From: Chiloscyllium plagiosum
Lineage: Eukaryota
Direction of reading: 5' to 3'
NCBI RefSeq assembly: GCF_004010195.1
Contig: NC_057715.1
Span: 93,452,258 to 93,516,257, forward strand
DNA length: 64,000 nt
Notes under the pieces: model-generated
Told to the model about the DNA's origin: nothing
Database searches by the model: none
Seen by the model: only the letters and a program-made list of their open reading frames with translations
Shown here: positions 25,626 through 37,831 of the stretch, in pieces
How the letters are laid out: each line of letters begins with the position of its first letter
Position numbering within the stretch: position 1 is the first letter of the stretch
Translations under genes and position numbers: made by a program

Positions 25626-25714
25626 GAAAGTATTTAGTAAAGTTTGACCTCACAGACTGGAATGGAGATAAGAGGTATGCTACCTATGAAAATTTTAACA
25701 TCTCAGATGAAAAG
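25626..25714 (+). CDS. FGL1-like coding exon 5
   Basis: GKYLVKFDLTDWNGDKRYATYENFNISDEK; 89 nt, donor GTGAGA. Confidence 0.96.
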
Positions 25715-25833
25715 GTGAGAGAAGTTGAAACTTATTAGAGATATTATTTTAATTCTGAGTTCAGTAGACTAATATGTTGTGGCAAAGAAAGTGTACTATT
25801 TTTGTTAAACATTTGTTTTGCTGTTTAAACCAG

Positions 25834-26024
25834 GATAAATACAGGCTAACATTTGGAGCTTATGATGGGAATGCAGGGGATGCATTGTCTGGTGGCCTGG
25901 TGCCAGAGTTTCAGTGGTCAGCCTCTCACAATGGGATGCAGTTCAGTACTCCAGACCAGGATAATGACAGATACCTGCAGGGGAGTTGCTCACAAGAAAC
26001 TAAATGTGGCTGGTGGTTTAACAG
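25834..26024 (+). CDS. FGL1-like coding exon 6
   Basis: DKYRLTFGAYDGNAGDALSGGLVPEFQWSASHNGMQFSTPDQDNDRYLQGSCSQETKCGWWFNR; 191 nt; the QWSASHNGM segment resembles FGL1 specifically. Confidence 0.97.
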
Positions 26025-26432
26025 GTATGAAGTTGCATTTATTTAAACAAAATTATGTGTATTAAGGTATTTATATACAATCTTTGCTAAAAAGAATAGT
26101 TATGGCTGGACAATATGATTTTCTGCCCAAATAATGAAAAGGTCAGTTGTATTTGCTACACAAAATTATGGCACATTTGTTTTCATCTTTACACCCAGTG
26201 GCCATATCAAACAGAAATAAATTAAATATACCAGATCATGCATAATGGCTTTCCACACAATACTATCTATTATTTCAAACTCCACCCCAAAACAGGTTCT
26301 TTTATACCATCAATGCTGCATTTCCATTTTCTATACCCAGTGTCCTGCTCAAAGAGTTATCCAGAGACCTCTGCTGAAACTATACAAGTGTGGTCACTTA
26401 GAGAAGACAGGACTCCATTATGGTTGGAATGT

Positions 26433-26752
26433 TGTAGTAATTGAAATCAGGGCCAGGTGAATCTCATTGACTATAAGATCCTCGATTGGGGTTGTTAATC
26501 TGGACCAACAGGGGGCCCTGTCAGATATAAGCAGGAGATTCAAAAGTTCTCCTCAGTCTAAGGACTAGTCACGCAGCCTGATGAAGGGTTTTTGCCCGAA
26601 ACATTGATTTTCCTGCTTCTTGGATGCTGCTTGACTTACTGTGTGTTTCCAGCCCAACACTCTCAACTGATGAATCACAGTCCATATTACAGTTCACATG
26701 TAAATAAAGGGTGACTTGGTAATGGGATACCAGTCTCTGTGCAGTTGTTTCA
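26433..26752 (+). mobile_element. Solo LTR with a nested Penelope/hammerhead fragment (~26577-26668)
   Basis: TGTAG...TTTCA termini, perfect 5-bp TSD AATGT (26428-26432, 26753-26757), internal TATAA and AATAAA. Confidence 0.75.
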
Positions 26753-28379
26753 AATGTCCAATGAAATCATAGCAATTTTTGTGATTAAAGTGATAGAGAT
26801 CATTCGGCCCCTCACATCAGCAACAACTTCCTGCAAGAGTTGGCAACTTAGTTCCAATTGTTAATGTTCTCCTCTAACTTCTAAATTATTGTAATGAAAT
26901 CCATTTCCCTTTTAAAAACAATTTCAAAATCCTGGCTTTCTATAGTTTGGGGAGGACACTCCATGTCCTAACCACATACCATGTTAAAAAAAAAACAGAC
27001 AAAGCTGAGATTATGCAGATAACCCTCTGCATGTATTAGAGGTTCTGCAGGTATAGCAATAGGGATCTAGAGCATATGCAGCTCTACCTAGTGGTGAAAG
27101 TACACGGTTGCAGACATGACTGAGTAACAGACTACTGACACCTAGATAAGGCATGCACAACATTCACATTAAATTAAATGTAAATAACTTGTTATCATAG
27201 GCTGCCTTTGTTTAGTGAACAAAATCTTAAATGAACTATCCTGTTTTGGCAGACCCAGTAACAAAGAAACATTATAATTTTGAAATTGCAGAGGACAAAC
27301 AATATCAAAATTGCTTGAAAATAAATTTACCAAAAAGTCATGGCACTAGCTTAAATGATAACTCGATGATACTGAAGAAAAAAATAAAAATAGATATCTG
27401 CTATCTATTTCAGTGTTGCGCATTAGAGACCAATTCAATTTGTTTGAATTAATTTTTATTCATTTAAGCTGGAAACATTGGGAGACAATCTGCTAAAATT
27501 TGTGACAAAGGTTTAAATGCATCTCAAACAAAAGTGATGAACGTCTTATTTTTCATAGGATGCAGAAGTCTCAAATATAGTGTGGTTGGCTAATCTCAAT
27601 CACTTCATGTTTTGTGTGTATCTCAAAGGTATTCATATTTCATCAATTAACTTCCACATTCCAAGTGATCATTAATTTTGAATTGACATGAGACACACAC
27701 ACCTATGCCTGCAATATTGGGCATAAAGTGCTTTCTGGAAGCAAGAGAAAGTATCCAACTGAGCAGATTTGCTTAATTCCAGAATAAAACAAAAAATTGT
27801 GGGTACAGTTCTGAAGTAGGTCTTGAAATGTTAACTCTGCTTTCTCTCCACAGATGCTGCCAGACTTGCCAAGTTTCTCCAGCAAATTTCAGTTTTTGTT
27901 TGCTTAATTCTAAATGTGCGTGGAAAATGCTACTCATCACAGATCTTTTCTCACTTTTTCTCATACAGATATTGCTGTGTTCAAGGATTAAACAAAAAAA
28001 TATTTTCAAACATGAATTCTGACCACTTTTGAGAAGGAGGGGGAAATAGATTAAATTCTAGATTTTGAGAGAGCAGAAATCTTAAAGAAATAATTGTAAA
28101 GGGAAGTGGACTTTGAATTTATCACATTCTATAGACATTTAAGGGGCTAAAAATTCATCCAGCATAGTGACACAGAATTGTCTGTCCATTAACCAGTGAC
28201 TAGGATTAAATATCAGGTGCTGAGTTTGACAGGTGACCAAGCCAATTTCATCTATTTTTGGTCACTAACCAAGATAAATTTCTTGTCAAACTTGTTTGTT
28301 TGATTAAATCTGTGATATCCCTGTCTCTCCACAACTTTTTAATAATATCCATATCTCTCATTTTTACCCAAAATCAAAG

Positions 28380-28569
28380 GTGTCATGCAGCCAACCTTAA
28401 TGGAAAATACTATCGACACGGCAACTACACTGGAAAATATGATAAGGGAATTATCTGGTTCACCTGGACAGGCTGGTGGTACTCTTTGAAAAACACAGTT
28501 ATGAAAATCAGACCACTCTACTATTTCCCAAGTGCTGGAAGTGGAGATTATGAGAGCAAACTGGGCTAA
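28380..28569 (+). CDS. FGL1-like coding exon 7 (last), stop TAA
   Basis: CHAANLNGKYYRHGNYTGKYDKGIIWFTWTGWWYSLKNTVMKIRPLYYFPSAGSGDYESKLG*; joined CDS 993 nt = 330 aa. Confidence 0.96.
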
Positions 28570-28669
28570 TATTCATTTGATAAGGAATTACATCTTTAAT
28601 ACCAAATATCAGGTTACTTTATCCAAAGAGGAGAGAAATATTATCCAGTTTGACTTTCGTATTTTGTAC

Positions 28670-30850
28670 ATTAAAGCATTGTTAAGTGGGTCATGCCTAA
28701 TCTTTGTGACAAGTTGTAATGACAAAATGTCAAGTCGTGTCCATCCATTTTAATTAGTGAAATTTCCAATCTGCACATAAGACATAAATAATGACAAAAT
28801 GAAGGGGTGGGATACTTAACTTGCAGCAGGCCATTTTGTTGGACTGATTCAAGGTCTGATTTGATATACAGCTGACCCTGTAAACAGTTGAGCAGTTCTG
28901 GTCTCCTGAAATTAGCGAAGGCTAAATATGGGAATACAAGGTTACACTGGTTATAGAAAAAACAGAAAATAAGTGTAGGGGTAGGCCAATCGGCCCTTCT
29001 AGCCTGCACCACCATTCAATATGATCATGGTTGATTATGCAATTTCAGTATCTCGTTACTGCTTTGTGTCCATACCCATTAATCTCTTTAGCTGCAAGAG
29101 CCACATCCAGTTTCCCCTTGAATATATGTAACAAACTGGAACCAACAGCTTTCTGTGGGAGACAACTGCCTCAGGTTGCTCAGAAATGCTCAACCTTTGT
29201 GCATTGAGAAAAGTAGAGCAGCTTTGGAGGAGCAAAGGCAATGTCAGGAGTGGGGCAGCAAAATATTGGCAATAGGCTGGAGACCTTTTTGATCTGAGTG
29301 AGTTTGATTTTGCTCCCCCAGGGCTGACCTACCATCGAGTACCTAATAAGAGATGGTGGATTTTCTCCATCCCCGGTCAGTGACCCGTTTTGCGTCCACA
29401 GCTCACTGCTAGCATTTAAATGTAGCCTGAAGCTTACTCAATACATCCCAGCCTCAGCATGGACCAGCCCTTAGATTTGCAACTGTGTGATTATTCTGAA
29501 TAGAAATTAAATGTAACAGGGCTGTTAAATATCCTGAGCTTAAATCTCCTAAAGGCTGTTCAAGAATATGTTACCGTGCTGTACAAAATGTGGCATTTAA
29601 ATTCATACTGAGCACTTGTTTATTGTTTCCTCTTTTTTCCTTAAAGTATATCTTTGGGGTTTAAAGTAAATTGTTGATATTATGTTCAAATGAGCTTTTT
29701 CACTGAAAATAATGTTTGTTCCTAAATAAAAGCAAAGTATTTTGGACGGTGGAAATCTGAAATACAAACTCAAAATGCTGGATACGTTCATTAGGTTTGG
29801 CAGCATCAATGAAGAGAGAGTTAAGTTTCAAGTCCTCCCAGTTCTGAAGAAGTTATATTGACCTTGAGCCGTTAACTCTGTTTCTGTCTTCACTGATGCT
29901 GCCAGGCTAAGAGGTGACCTTACGGAGGTTTACAAAATTACAAGGGGCAAGGATAAGGTAAATACCCAAGGTCTTTTCCCCAGGGTAAGGGTATCCAAAA
30001 CTAGAGTTGTGAGGGGAAAGATTTAAAGGGGTCCTGAGGGGCAACTTTTCCAAACAGAGGATGATGCTTATATGGAACAAGCTGCCAGAGGAAGTGGTAA
30101 AGGCTGGTATAGTTACAACTTTTAAAAGGTACATGGATAGGAAAGATGCAGAGGGATATGAGCCAAATGCTGGCAAACGGGACTAATTCCGTTTTGGAAA
30201 CCTGGTTGGCACAGATGAGTTGGGCTGAAGGGTCTGCTTCAGTGCTACATGACTCTATGACCTGATGAGTTTATCCCACACTTTCTGTTTGTGTTTACTA
30301 CTAATTGCTATATTTAATAAGCCTTAAAGCATTGACATTCATGAACTGTTTTGAAACCATTGTGAAAATACGGGATCAGAGAAATAGAAATTGTCTGATC
30401 ATTTGGGAATATCCTCTTGTGGTTGACTAACTGGCAATACTTTAACCAATATGTAATATAATAAAATGCCAGCTTGAAACAATGAAAACTCTTGCAAACT
30501 AACATTGTTTAATTAAGAAAGTTTTTATTTTTCTAAAGGTCTGGGAATTTCATGTTTTTTTAATCCATGTATAATGGTAAATGGTGTTCAGTCTTAGAGT
30601 GCCATAAGATTAAAATTACTTCTGATCCCTCTGGTTGGACCATATTTCAGCCTGCATGCTGAATTGCTGGAATAAAGGTGATATTACTTTAATAAAGCTA
30701 TACAAATATAAGAACTTTGACTTTAATGATAACCCTGTACAATTAAAATAAAGTAGTAAGTAAACTTTATAAACAAATGCTTCTGTTCATTCTGTATTTT
30801 CCCCATTCTTTCCTTGACTGTCAGCTATTAGATTGATTACATGTAATAAA
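28670..30850 (+). terminator. Candidate poly(A) signals of the FGL1-like gene
   Basis: ATTAAA 28670-28675; AATAAA at 29725, 30671, 30691, 30845; which one is used is unknown. Confidence 0.35.
29906..30260 (+). mobile_element. HER1/CR1 3' fragment nested in a fold-back element
   Basis: RLRGDLTEVYKI... plus CTCTATGA tail; splits GATGCTGCCAG|ACCTG of the host repeat. Confidence 0.8.
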
Positions 30851-30885
30851 TATATACCTATTTCTACAAAAAGCTAAAACCCAAA

Positions 30886-31122
30886 CTGCACATTCTCCCT
30901 GTGTCTGCATGGGTTTCCTCCAGGTGCTCCGGTTTCCCCCCACAGTCTAAAGATGTGCAGGTCTGGTGAATTGGCCATGTTAAATTGCGCATAGTTTTAG
31001 GTGCATGAGTCAGGGGTAAATGTCGGGAAATGGGTTTGGGTGGGTTACTCTTCGGAGGGTCGGTGTGGACTTGTTGGGCCAAATGGCCTGTTTCCACACT
31101 GTAGGGAATCTAATCTAATCTA
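30886..31122 (+). mobile_element. HE1 SINE, 5'-truncated
   Basis: V-domain core and (AATCT)n tail. Confidence 0.88.
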
Positions 31123-33532
31123 AAAAAGACCATTATCATTTCCACAGAATCACTACAGAAGCTGTTTTACGAAATTAGAATTTCTATATTTAAGAAAACA
31201 GTCGACATGTTATTAGAACCTGTGCTGAATCATCTAACATTATATTCTTTAGCAAGTGTGCAGTTGTGATAGGAAATGCAAGCATGGAGCTCAGGTCACA
31301 CAGAAACATTATTTCAATCTTTGCTTTAAGCATAGCGGGAAGGGTCTCCAAAGGGATTTTAGACCATTGAATAACCTTTTAATATAAAACCCACTCCATA
31401 TCCTTATTTTAATCCTTTCAGAAAACATCTTAATTTTTAAACTCAGGTCGATTTTGAAGATGTACTATTTCAAAAGGGCATCAATTGTTTGAAATACGCA
31501 TTCTGTCTAAATACAAGAAGCTTAACTTCATATTTAAATTTACAGAAAGTTAATTAAACAAACAATTGTTTAGAATTCAACTGCCTGACAGTTCCTTAAA
31601 AAACTGATCTTATCTATCCATCTGGTGAAACATTTTGTACATTAAATATTCAAGTAAAATATATAATTATTTTAATCTGTATGCCCTCAAAATTCAAAAA
31701 ATATTTATAGATATCTCTCGCAGGGGGTGGGGTGCATTATTTTAAAAACAATCAGCAATTTTTCAACTGAATCTCAATGGTGGATTCTGCAGCTTTAAAC
31801 TGCCTTTGTTTATTAAAAAAGTATACACTTTTCATGAAGGTACAGAAAGTAATGTAACATATAATACTACAGAGCTGAGCAAAATAATGCACATATTCTT
31901 CATAATGTATCAAGGTCAAATAAAGGGTAGCTAATTTAACCAGGATAAATAGCGTCTGTCCATTTTGTTGTCATACTAAACATACAAGCAGAAGGTCTGT
32001 TAGTTCCATAACAAAGTTGGTGTATTAAACAGTAATGTCCAATCCTTTTTGAGAAAAGAGAGATATGAACTGGCATATAAAGGGAGAACAAAGGGGAATA
32101 AGGTTGAGTGGAAAACGTCTGTGACAAATTCAAGCTAAGTGTGGTGGTGGGGGCGGGGAAGTGGTAAATAAATTGATGGCACACCAAAAACGACTCTCAA
32201 AAATGGGGAAAAGTTGTCCGAGTATTCCTTCTGATTCATTTGGATTAAATATGCAAATTAGCAACATCAAGATGATGGTAGATGGTGTATCTGTTTGTAA
32301 AGCTGCAGAGTTGCAAGAATTTGGTGACCATCTTATTGGACAATGTGAGGCACTGTGCTGTTAATTGACATGATTGCTTTGAAAATCACAACTAAGTAAA
32401 GCCTGGTTAGTGCCGGGAGGAAGATTTGTTAATTCATCCACCCTCCAACCAACAACAATGATTTGCATTCAGATAGTTCCTGAGCTGCTGCACAAATGGA
32501 AATGGACAGGATACTTGATGCTGAGCCATGTACAGAAATATTTCAATGACTGAAAGTTGCTTCACGTGAAGTTTGTTGAGAAGACACTTAAAAGAGAGAA
32601 GCAAAGGGCTTTGAAATGGCGTTCCTGAGATCAGGGCAATAACTTTCCACATCTTTTAAAAGGGTTGGCAAGAGAAATTGATTGAATGGGAGGCAAAAGT
32701 TCAGTTTCTCCAAAGCGGATTAAAGTTTTGCTCTGTCAGAACCCTTCAGGCACCAACATAGCCTGTTTTGCATTTGTTAGCCTACCATTGTTAACATCCC
32801 GGTCCACTGGAGTTACATCTGTGGGTACAATCTTGATAAGACAAAAATAGGAAACCAATGTGTTCACAAAGCAGGCTATGTATATGAGGTACATACCTGG
32901 TGGAGTAGGCTTCTTCCTTTAAACTCCAGTCAATACAAACTCCTCCAGTTATAACCAAGGTATCACTGTGCCCAAACATTGAGAGTGTCACGATGAAGCC
33001 TCGCCATATTAATCACCTCATGAGAAGGCTCAGTCATATGAGTCTGGCTTGTCGTTGTGAAGCATGAACAGTGTTATGGGTGAAGCCTGCCCAAGTGAGA
33101 CATCACACTTGCTGACAGCAGCAAACCTGATGAGAGTGGGGTTGAACTCAAAAGATCACCTTCTGTGGTTGTGTCCTTGTCTAATTTAAGGTAATTGGGG
33201 AAAAGGTGTCAGACATGTATGTTTTCCTAATTGTAAGAGGTCAATGACATGATGGTGAGTGAGCTACTGAACTTTGTAGTTCCTTTTGTGTTTTAAGTAG
33301 ATCTATGAGAGGCAGCACACCTGTGGACAGATGTATCCTGTGGAGGTACAGAAGTAGCTGCAGTAAAGACACCATACCTGATGAAGACACTTAGGAGCCA
33401 ACCTCTTGTGTGATATCCCTCTGCAGTGGCAATTTTACAGTGCTAACTCACACTGATAGGGACAGAGCCAGCCCCTTGGGATTGTGAAACGACAGCAACT
33501 AACACTGTGCAATATCCTCTGCTCCCAAAGTA

Positions 33533-34858
33533 CAGGTAAAAACAATGACTGCAGATGCTGAAAACCAGATTCTGGATTAGTGGTGCTGGAAGAGCACAGC
33601 AGTTCAGGCAGCATCCAAAGAGCTTCGAAATCGACGTTTTGGGCAAAAGCCCAACATCAGGAATAAAGGCAGTGAGCCTGGAGCGTGGAGAGATAAGCTA
33701 GAGGNNNNNNNNNNNNNNNNNNNNNNNNNNNNNNNNNNNNNNNNNNNNNNNNNNNNNNNNNNNNNNNNNNNNNNNNNNNNNNNNNNNNNNNNNNNNNNNN
33801 NNNNNNNNNNNNNNNNNNNNNNNNNNNNNNNNNNNNNNNNNNNNNNNNNNNNNNNNNNNNNNNNNNNNNNNNNNNNNNNNNNNNNNNNNNNNNNNNNNNN
33901 NNNNNNNNNNNNNNNNNNNNNNNNNNNNNNNNNNNNNNNNNNNNNNNNNNNNNNNNNNNNNNNNNNNNNNNNNNNNNNNNNNNNNNNNNNNNNNNNNNNN
34001 NNNNNNNNNNNNNNNNNNNNNNNNNNNNNNNNNNNNNNNNNNNNNNNNNNNNNNNNNNNNNNNNNNNNNNNNNNNNNNNNNNNNNNNNNNNNNNNNNNNN
34101 NNNNNNNNNNNNNNNNNNNNNNNNNNNNNNNNNNNNNNNNNNNNNNNNNNNNNNNNNNNNNNNNNNNNNNNNNNNNNNNNNATGTCGGCGGATGGTTTGG
34201 TTTATGCGAAGGTTGGTAGGGTGGAAGGTGAGCACCGGGGACGTTCTGTCCTTGTAGCGGTTGGTGGGGTTGGGTCTGAGGGTGGAGGTGCGGGATGTGG
34301 ACGAGATGCTTTGGAGGGCATCTTTAACCACGTGGGAGGGGAAATTGCGGTCTCTAAAGAAGGAACCCCTCTGGTGTGTTCTGTGGTGGAACTGGTCCTC
34401 CTGGGAGCAGATACGGCGGAGGCGGAGGAATTGGGAATTTGGGATGGCATTTTTGCAAGAGGTAGGGTGGGAAGAGGTGTAATCCAGGTAGCTGTGGGAG
34501 TCGGTGGGTTTGTAAAAAATGTCAGTGTCAAGTCGGTCATCATTAATGGAGATGGAGAGGTCCAGGAAGGGGAGGGAGGTGTCAGAGATGGTCCAGGTAA
34601 ATCTAAGGTCAGGGTGGAATGTGTTAGTGAAGTTGATGAATTGCTCAAACTCCTTGCGGGAGCACGAGGTGGCGCCAATGCAGTCATCAATGTAGCGGAG
34701 GAAGAGGTGGGGAGTGGTGCCGGTGTAATTATGGAAGATCAACTGTTCTACGTAGCCAACAAAGAGACAGGCATCGCTGGGGCCCATCCATGTGCCAATG
34801 GCTATCCCTTTGGTCTGGATGAAGTGGGAGGATTCAAAGGAGAAATTGTTAAGGGTGA
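33533..34858 (-). mobile_element. Penelope-like element (Neptune-type): RT fragment + pLTR, spanning a gap
   Basis: MGPSDACLFVGYVEQ...FLRYIDDCIG...LPFLDLSI...FYKPTDSHSYLDYTSSHP; tail matches 16679-16850; hammerhead core mutated. Confidence 0.92.
33704..34181. other. Assembly gap (N run)
   Basis: Run of n. Confidence 1.
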
Positions 34859-37139
34859 GTCAGCATCTGAGTGAAACAGTCTGGGAAGAGTGTCCTTCAG
34901 TCAGCATCTGAGTGTAAGAGTCTAGGAATAGTGTCCTTCAGTCAGCATCTGAGTGTAACAGTCTCGGAATAGTGTCCTTCAGTCAGCATCTGAGCGAAAC
35001 AGTCGGAGAAAAGTGTCCTACAGTCAGCATCTGAGTGTAACAGTCTAGGAATAGTGTCCTTCAGTCAGCATCTGAGCGAAACAGTCTGAGAAGAGTGTCC
35101 GTCAGTCAGCATCTGAGTGAAACAGTCTGGGAAGAGTGTCCTACAGTCAGCATCTGAGTGAAACAGTCTGGGAAGAGTGTCCTACAGTCAGCATCTGTGT
35201 GAAACAGTCTGGGAAGAGTGTCCTACAGTCAGCATCTGAGTGAAACAGTCTGGGAAGAGTGTCCTACAGTCAGCATCTGAATGGAACAGTCTGGGAAGAG
35301 TGTCCTACAGTCAGCATCTGAATGAAACAGTCTGGGAAGAGTGTCCTTCAGTGAGCATCTGAATGAAGCAGTCTGGAAAGAGTGTCCTTCAATCAGCATC
35401 TGAGTGAAACAGTCTGGGAAGAGTGTCCTACAGTCAGCATCTGAGTGTAACAGTCTAGGAAGAGTGTCCTTCAGTCAGCATCTGAGTGAAACAGTCTGAG
35501 AAAAGTGACCTTCAGTCAGCATCTGAATGAAACAGTCTGGGAAGAGTGACCTTCAGTCAGCATCTGCATGAAACAGTCTGAGAAGAGTGTCCTTCAGTCA
35601 GCATCTGAGTGTAACAGTCTGGGAAGAGTGTCCTACAGTCAGCATCTGAATGAAACAGTCTGGGAAAAGTGTCCTTCAGTCAGCATCTGAATGAAACAGT
35701 CTGGAAAGAATGTCCTACAGTCAGCATCTGCGTGAACCAGTCTGGGAAGAGTGTCCTACAGTCAGCATCTGAGTGAAACAGTCTGGGAAGAGAGTCCTAC
35801 AGTCAGCATCTGCATGAAACAGTCTGAGAAGAGTGTCCTTCAGTCAGCATCTGAGTTGAACAGTCTGGGAAGAGTGTCCTTCAGTCAGCATCTGAGTGTA
35901 ACAGTCCAGGAATAGTGTCCTTCAGTCAGCATCTGAGCGAAACAGTCTGGGAAGAGTGTCCTACAGTCAGCATCTGAGTGAAACAACCTGGGAAGAGTGT
36001 CCTTCAGTCAGCATCTGAATGAAACAATCTGGGAAGAGTGTCCTTCAATCAACATCTGAGTGAAACAGTCTGAGAAGAGTGTCCTTCAATCAGCATCTGA
36101 GTGAAACAGTCTGAAAAGAGTGTCCTTCAATCAGCATCTGAGTGAAACAGTCTGAGAAGAGTGTCCTTCAGTCAGCATCTGAATGAAACAGTCTCGGAAG
36201 AGTGTCCTTCAGTCAGCATCGGAATGAAACAGTCTGGGAAGAGTGTCCTACAGTCAGCATCTGAGTGAAACAGTCTGGGAAGAGTGTCCTTCAGTCAGCA
36301 TCTGAATGAAACAGTCTCGGAAGAGTGTCCTTCAGTCAGCATCTGAATGAACCAGTCTGGAAAGAATGTCCTTCAATCAGCATCTGAGTGAAACAGTCTG
36401 GGAAGAGTGTCCTACAGTCAGCATCTGAGTGAAACAGTCTGGGAAGAGTGTCCTACAGTCAGCATCTGAGTGAAACAGTCTGAGAAAAGTGTCCTACAGT
36501 CAGCATCTGAATGAAACAGTCTGGGAAGAGTGTCCTTCAGTCAGCATCTGAATGAAACAGTCTGGGAAGTGTCCTTCAGTCAGCATCTGAGTGTAACAGT
36601 CTGGGAAGAGTGTCCTACAGTTAGCATCTGAATGAAACAGTCTGGGAAGAGTGTCCTACAGTCAGCATCTAAGTGAAACAGTCAGGGAAGAATGTCCTTC
36701 AGTCAGCATCTGAATGAAACAGTCTGGGAAGAGTGTCCTACAGTCAGCATCTGAATGAAACAGTCTGAGAAGAGTGTCCTTCAGTCAGCATCTGCGTGAA
36801 CCAGTCGGGAAGAGTGTCCTACAGTCAGCATCTGCGTGAAACAGTCAGAGAAGAGTGTCCTTCAGTCAGCATCTGAATGAAACAGTCTGGGAAGAGTGTC
36901 CTACAGTCAGCACCTGAGTGCAACAGTCTGGGAAGAGTGTCCTTCAGTCAGCATCTGAGTGAAACAGTCTGGGAAGTGTCCTACAGTCAGCATCTGAGTG
37001 AAACAGTCTGAGAAAAGTGTCCTACAGTCAGCATCTGAATGAAACAGTCTGGGAAGTGTGTCCTACAGTCAGCATCTGAGTGAAACAGTCTGGGAAGTGT
37101 GTCCTTCAGTCAGCATCACAGTGTAACAGTCTGGGAAGA
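34859..37139 (+). repeat. 41-bp tandem minisatellite, roughly 55 copies
   Basis: Unit CAGTCAGCATCTGAGTGAAACAGTCTGGGAAGAGTGTCCT(T/A); CAGCATCTG recurs at 34861, 34902, etc.; some 39-40-bp variants. Confidence 0.98.
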
Positions 37140-37831
37140 ATATCAAAAGTGACACAAGGCAAGCAGAAGCAGCTGATTGGGTAAGGTCAGGTGAATACTC
37201 ATACTATAATTATCTCTATAACTTGTAATGTCGTTATGTTGGGTTTTCAGTTTATAAACGCAATAGTGCAGACTTTCAGAGAAGAAGTGCCCTAGAGTAA
37301 ATAGTATTATTTGATTTTAAGGGAAATCTAAGGGATTAATTTAAAGGTGCAAGTCATGGGAGGAGAGCTTAAGACCATGGCATGCTCCTCCTGTTCAGAG
37401 TGAAAAGCTGAGCATAGTTCCAGGGGGTCCAAAACCAGCACATATGCAGGAAGAGTCTCCATCTGCCGTTCCGAGAAGCCCAAGTTTGGGTGCAAGGACC
37501 AAGACTATCTTGAGCAACCACAGGATATTCTAGAGTGGGAGGGTGAATAGCCAATGGTCAAGGTAATCATTGGAACCAACAAAATAGATAAGAAATGGGA
37601 TAAGGTCGAGAATACGGGGAGTTAAGAAGCAAGTTTAAAAAGTAGGACGTCAAATATAGTGATCATAGGAATGCTTCCAGATCCCCATGCTAATTAGAGT
37701 GGAAATAGCAGGTTATTTCAGATGAATACATGGCTGGAGAGATGGTGTGAGGGAAAAGTTTCAGATTCCTGACATTAGGACTAGTTCTGTGGGAGGTGGG
37801 ACCAGTACCAGCTGAATGGGCTATACCTGAT

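Noticed and set aside
13607-28569. Assigning the symbol FGL1, FGG or ANGPTL
   Set aside because: Coiled coil too short for FGG or ANGPTL; the neighbourhood does not match canonical FGL1, so orthology needs a tree
34861-34910. Hammerhead in the satellite unit (CTGAGTGA...GAAACAGTC)
   Set aside because: Core spacing is wrong (CUGA-NN-GA) and no stem I or II pairing could be drawn
34859-37139. CRISPR-like array or coding repeat
   Set aside because: Head-to-tail units with no unique spacers, no cas genes, eukaryotic context; the 41-bp period with TGA on both strands closes the reading frames
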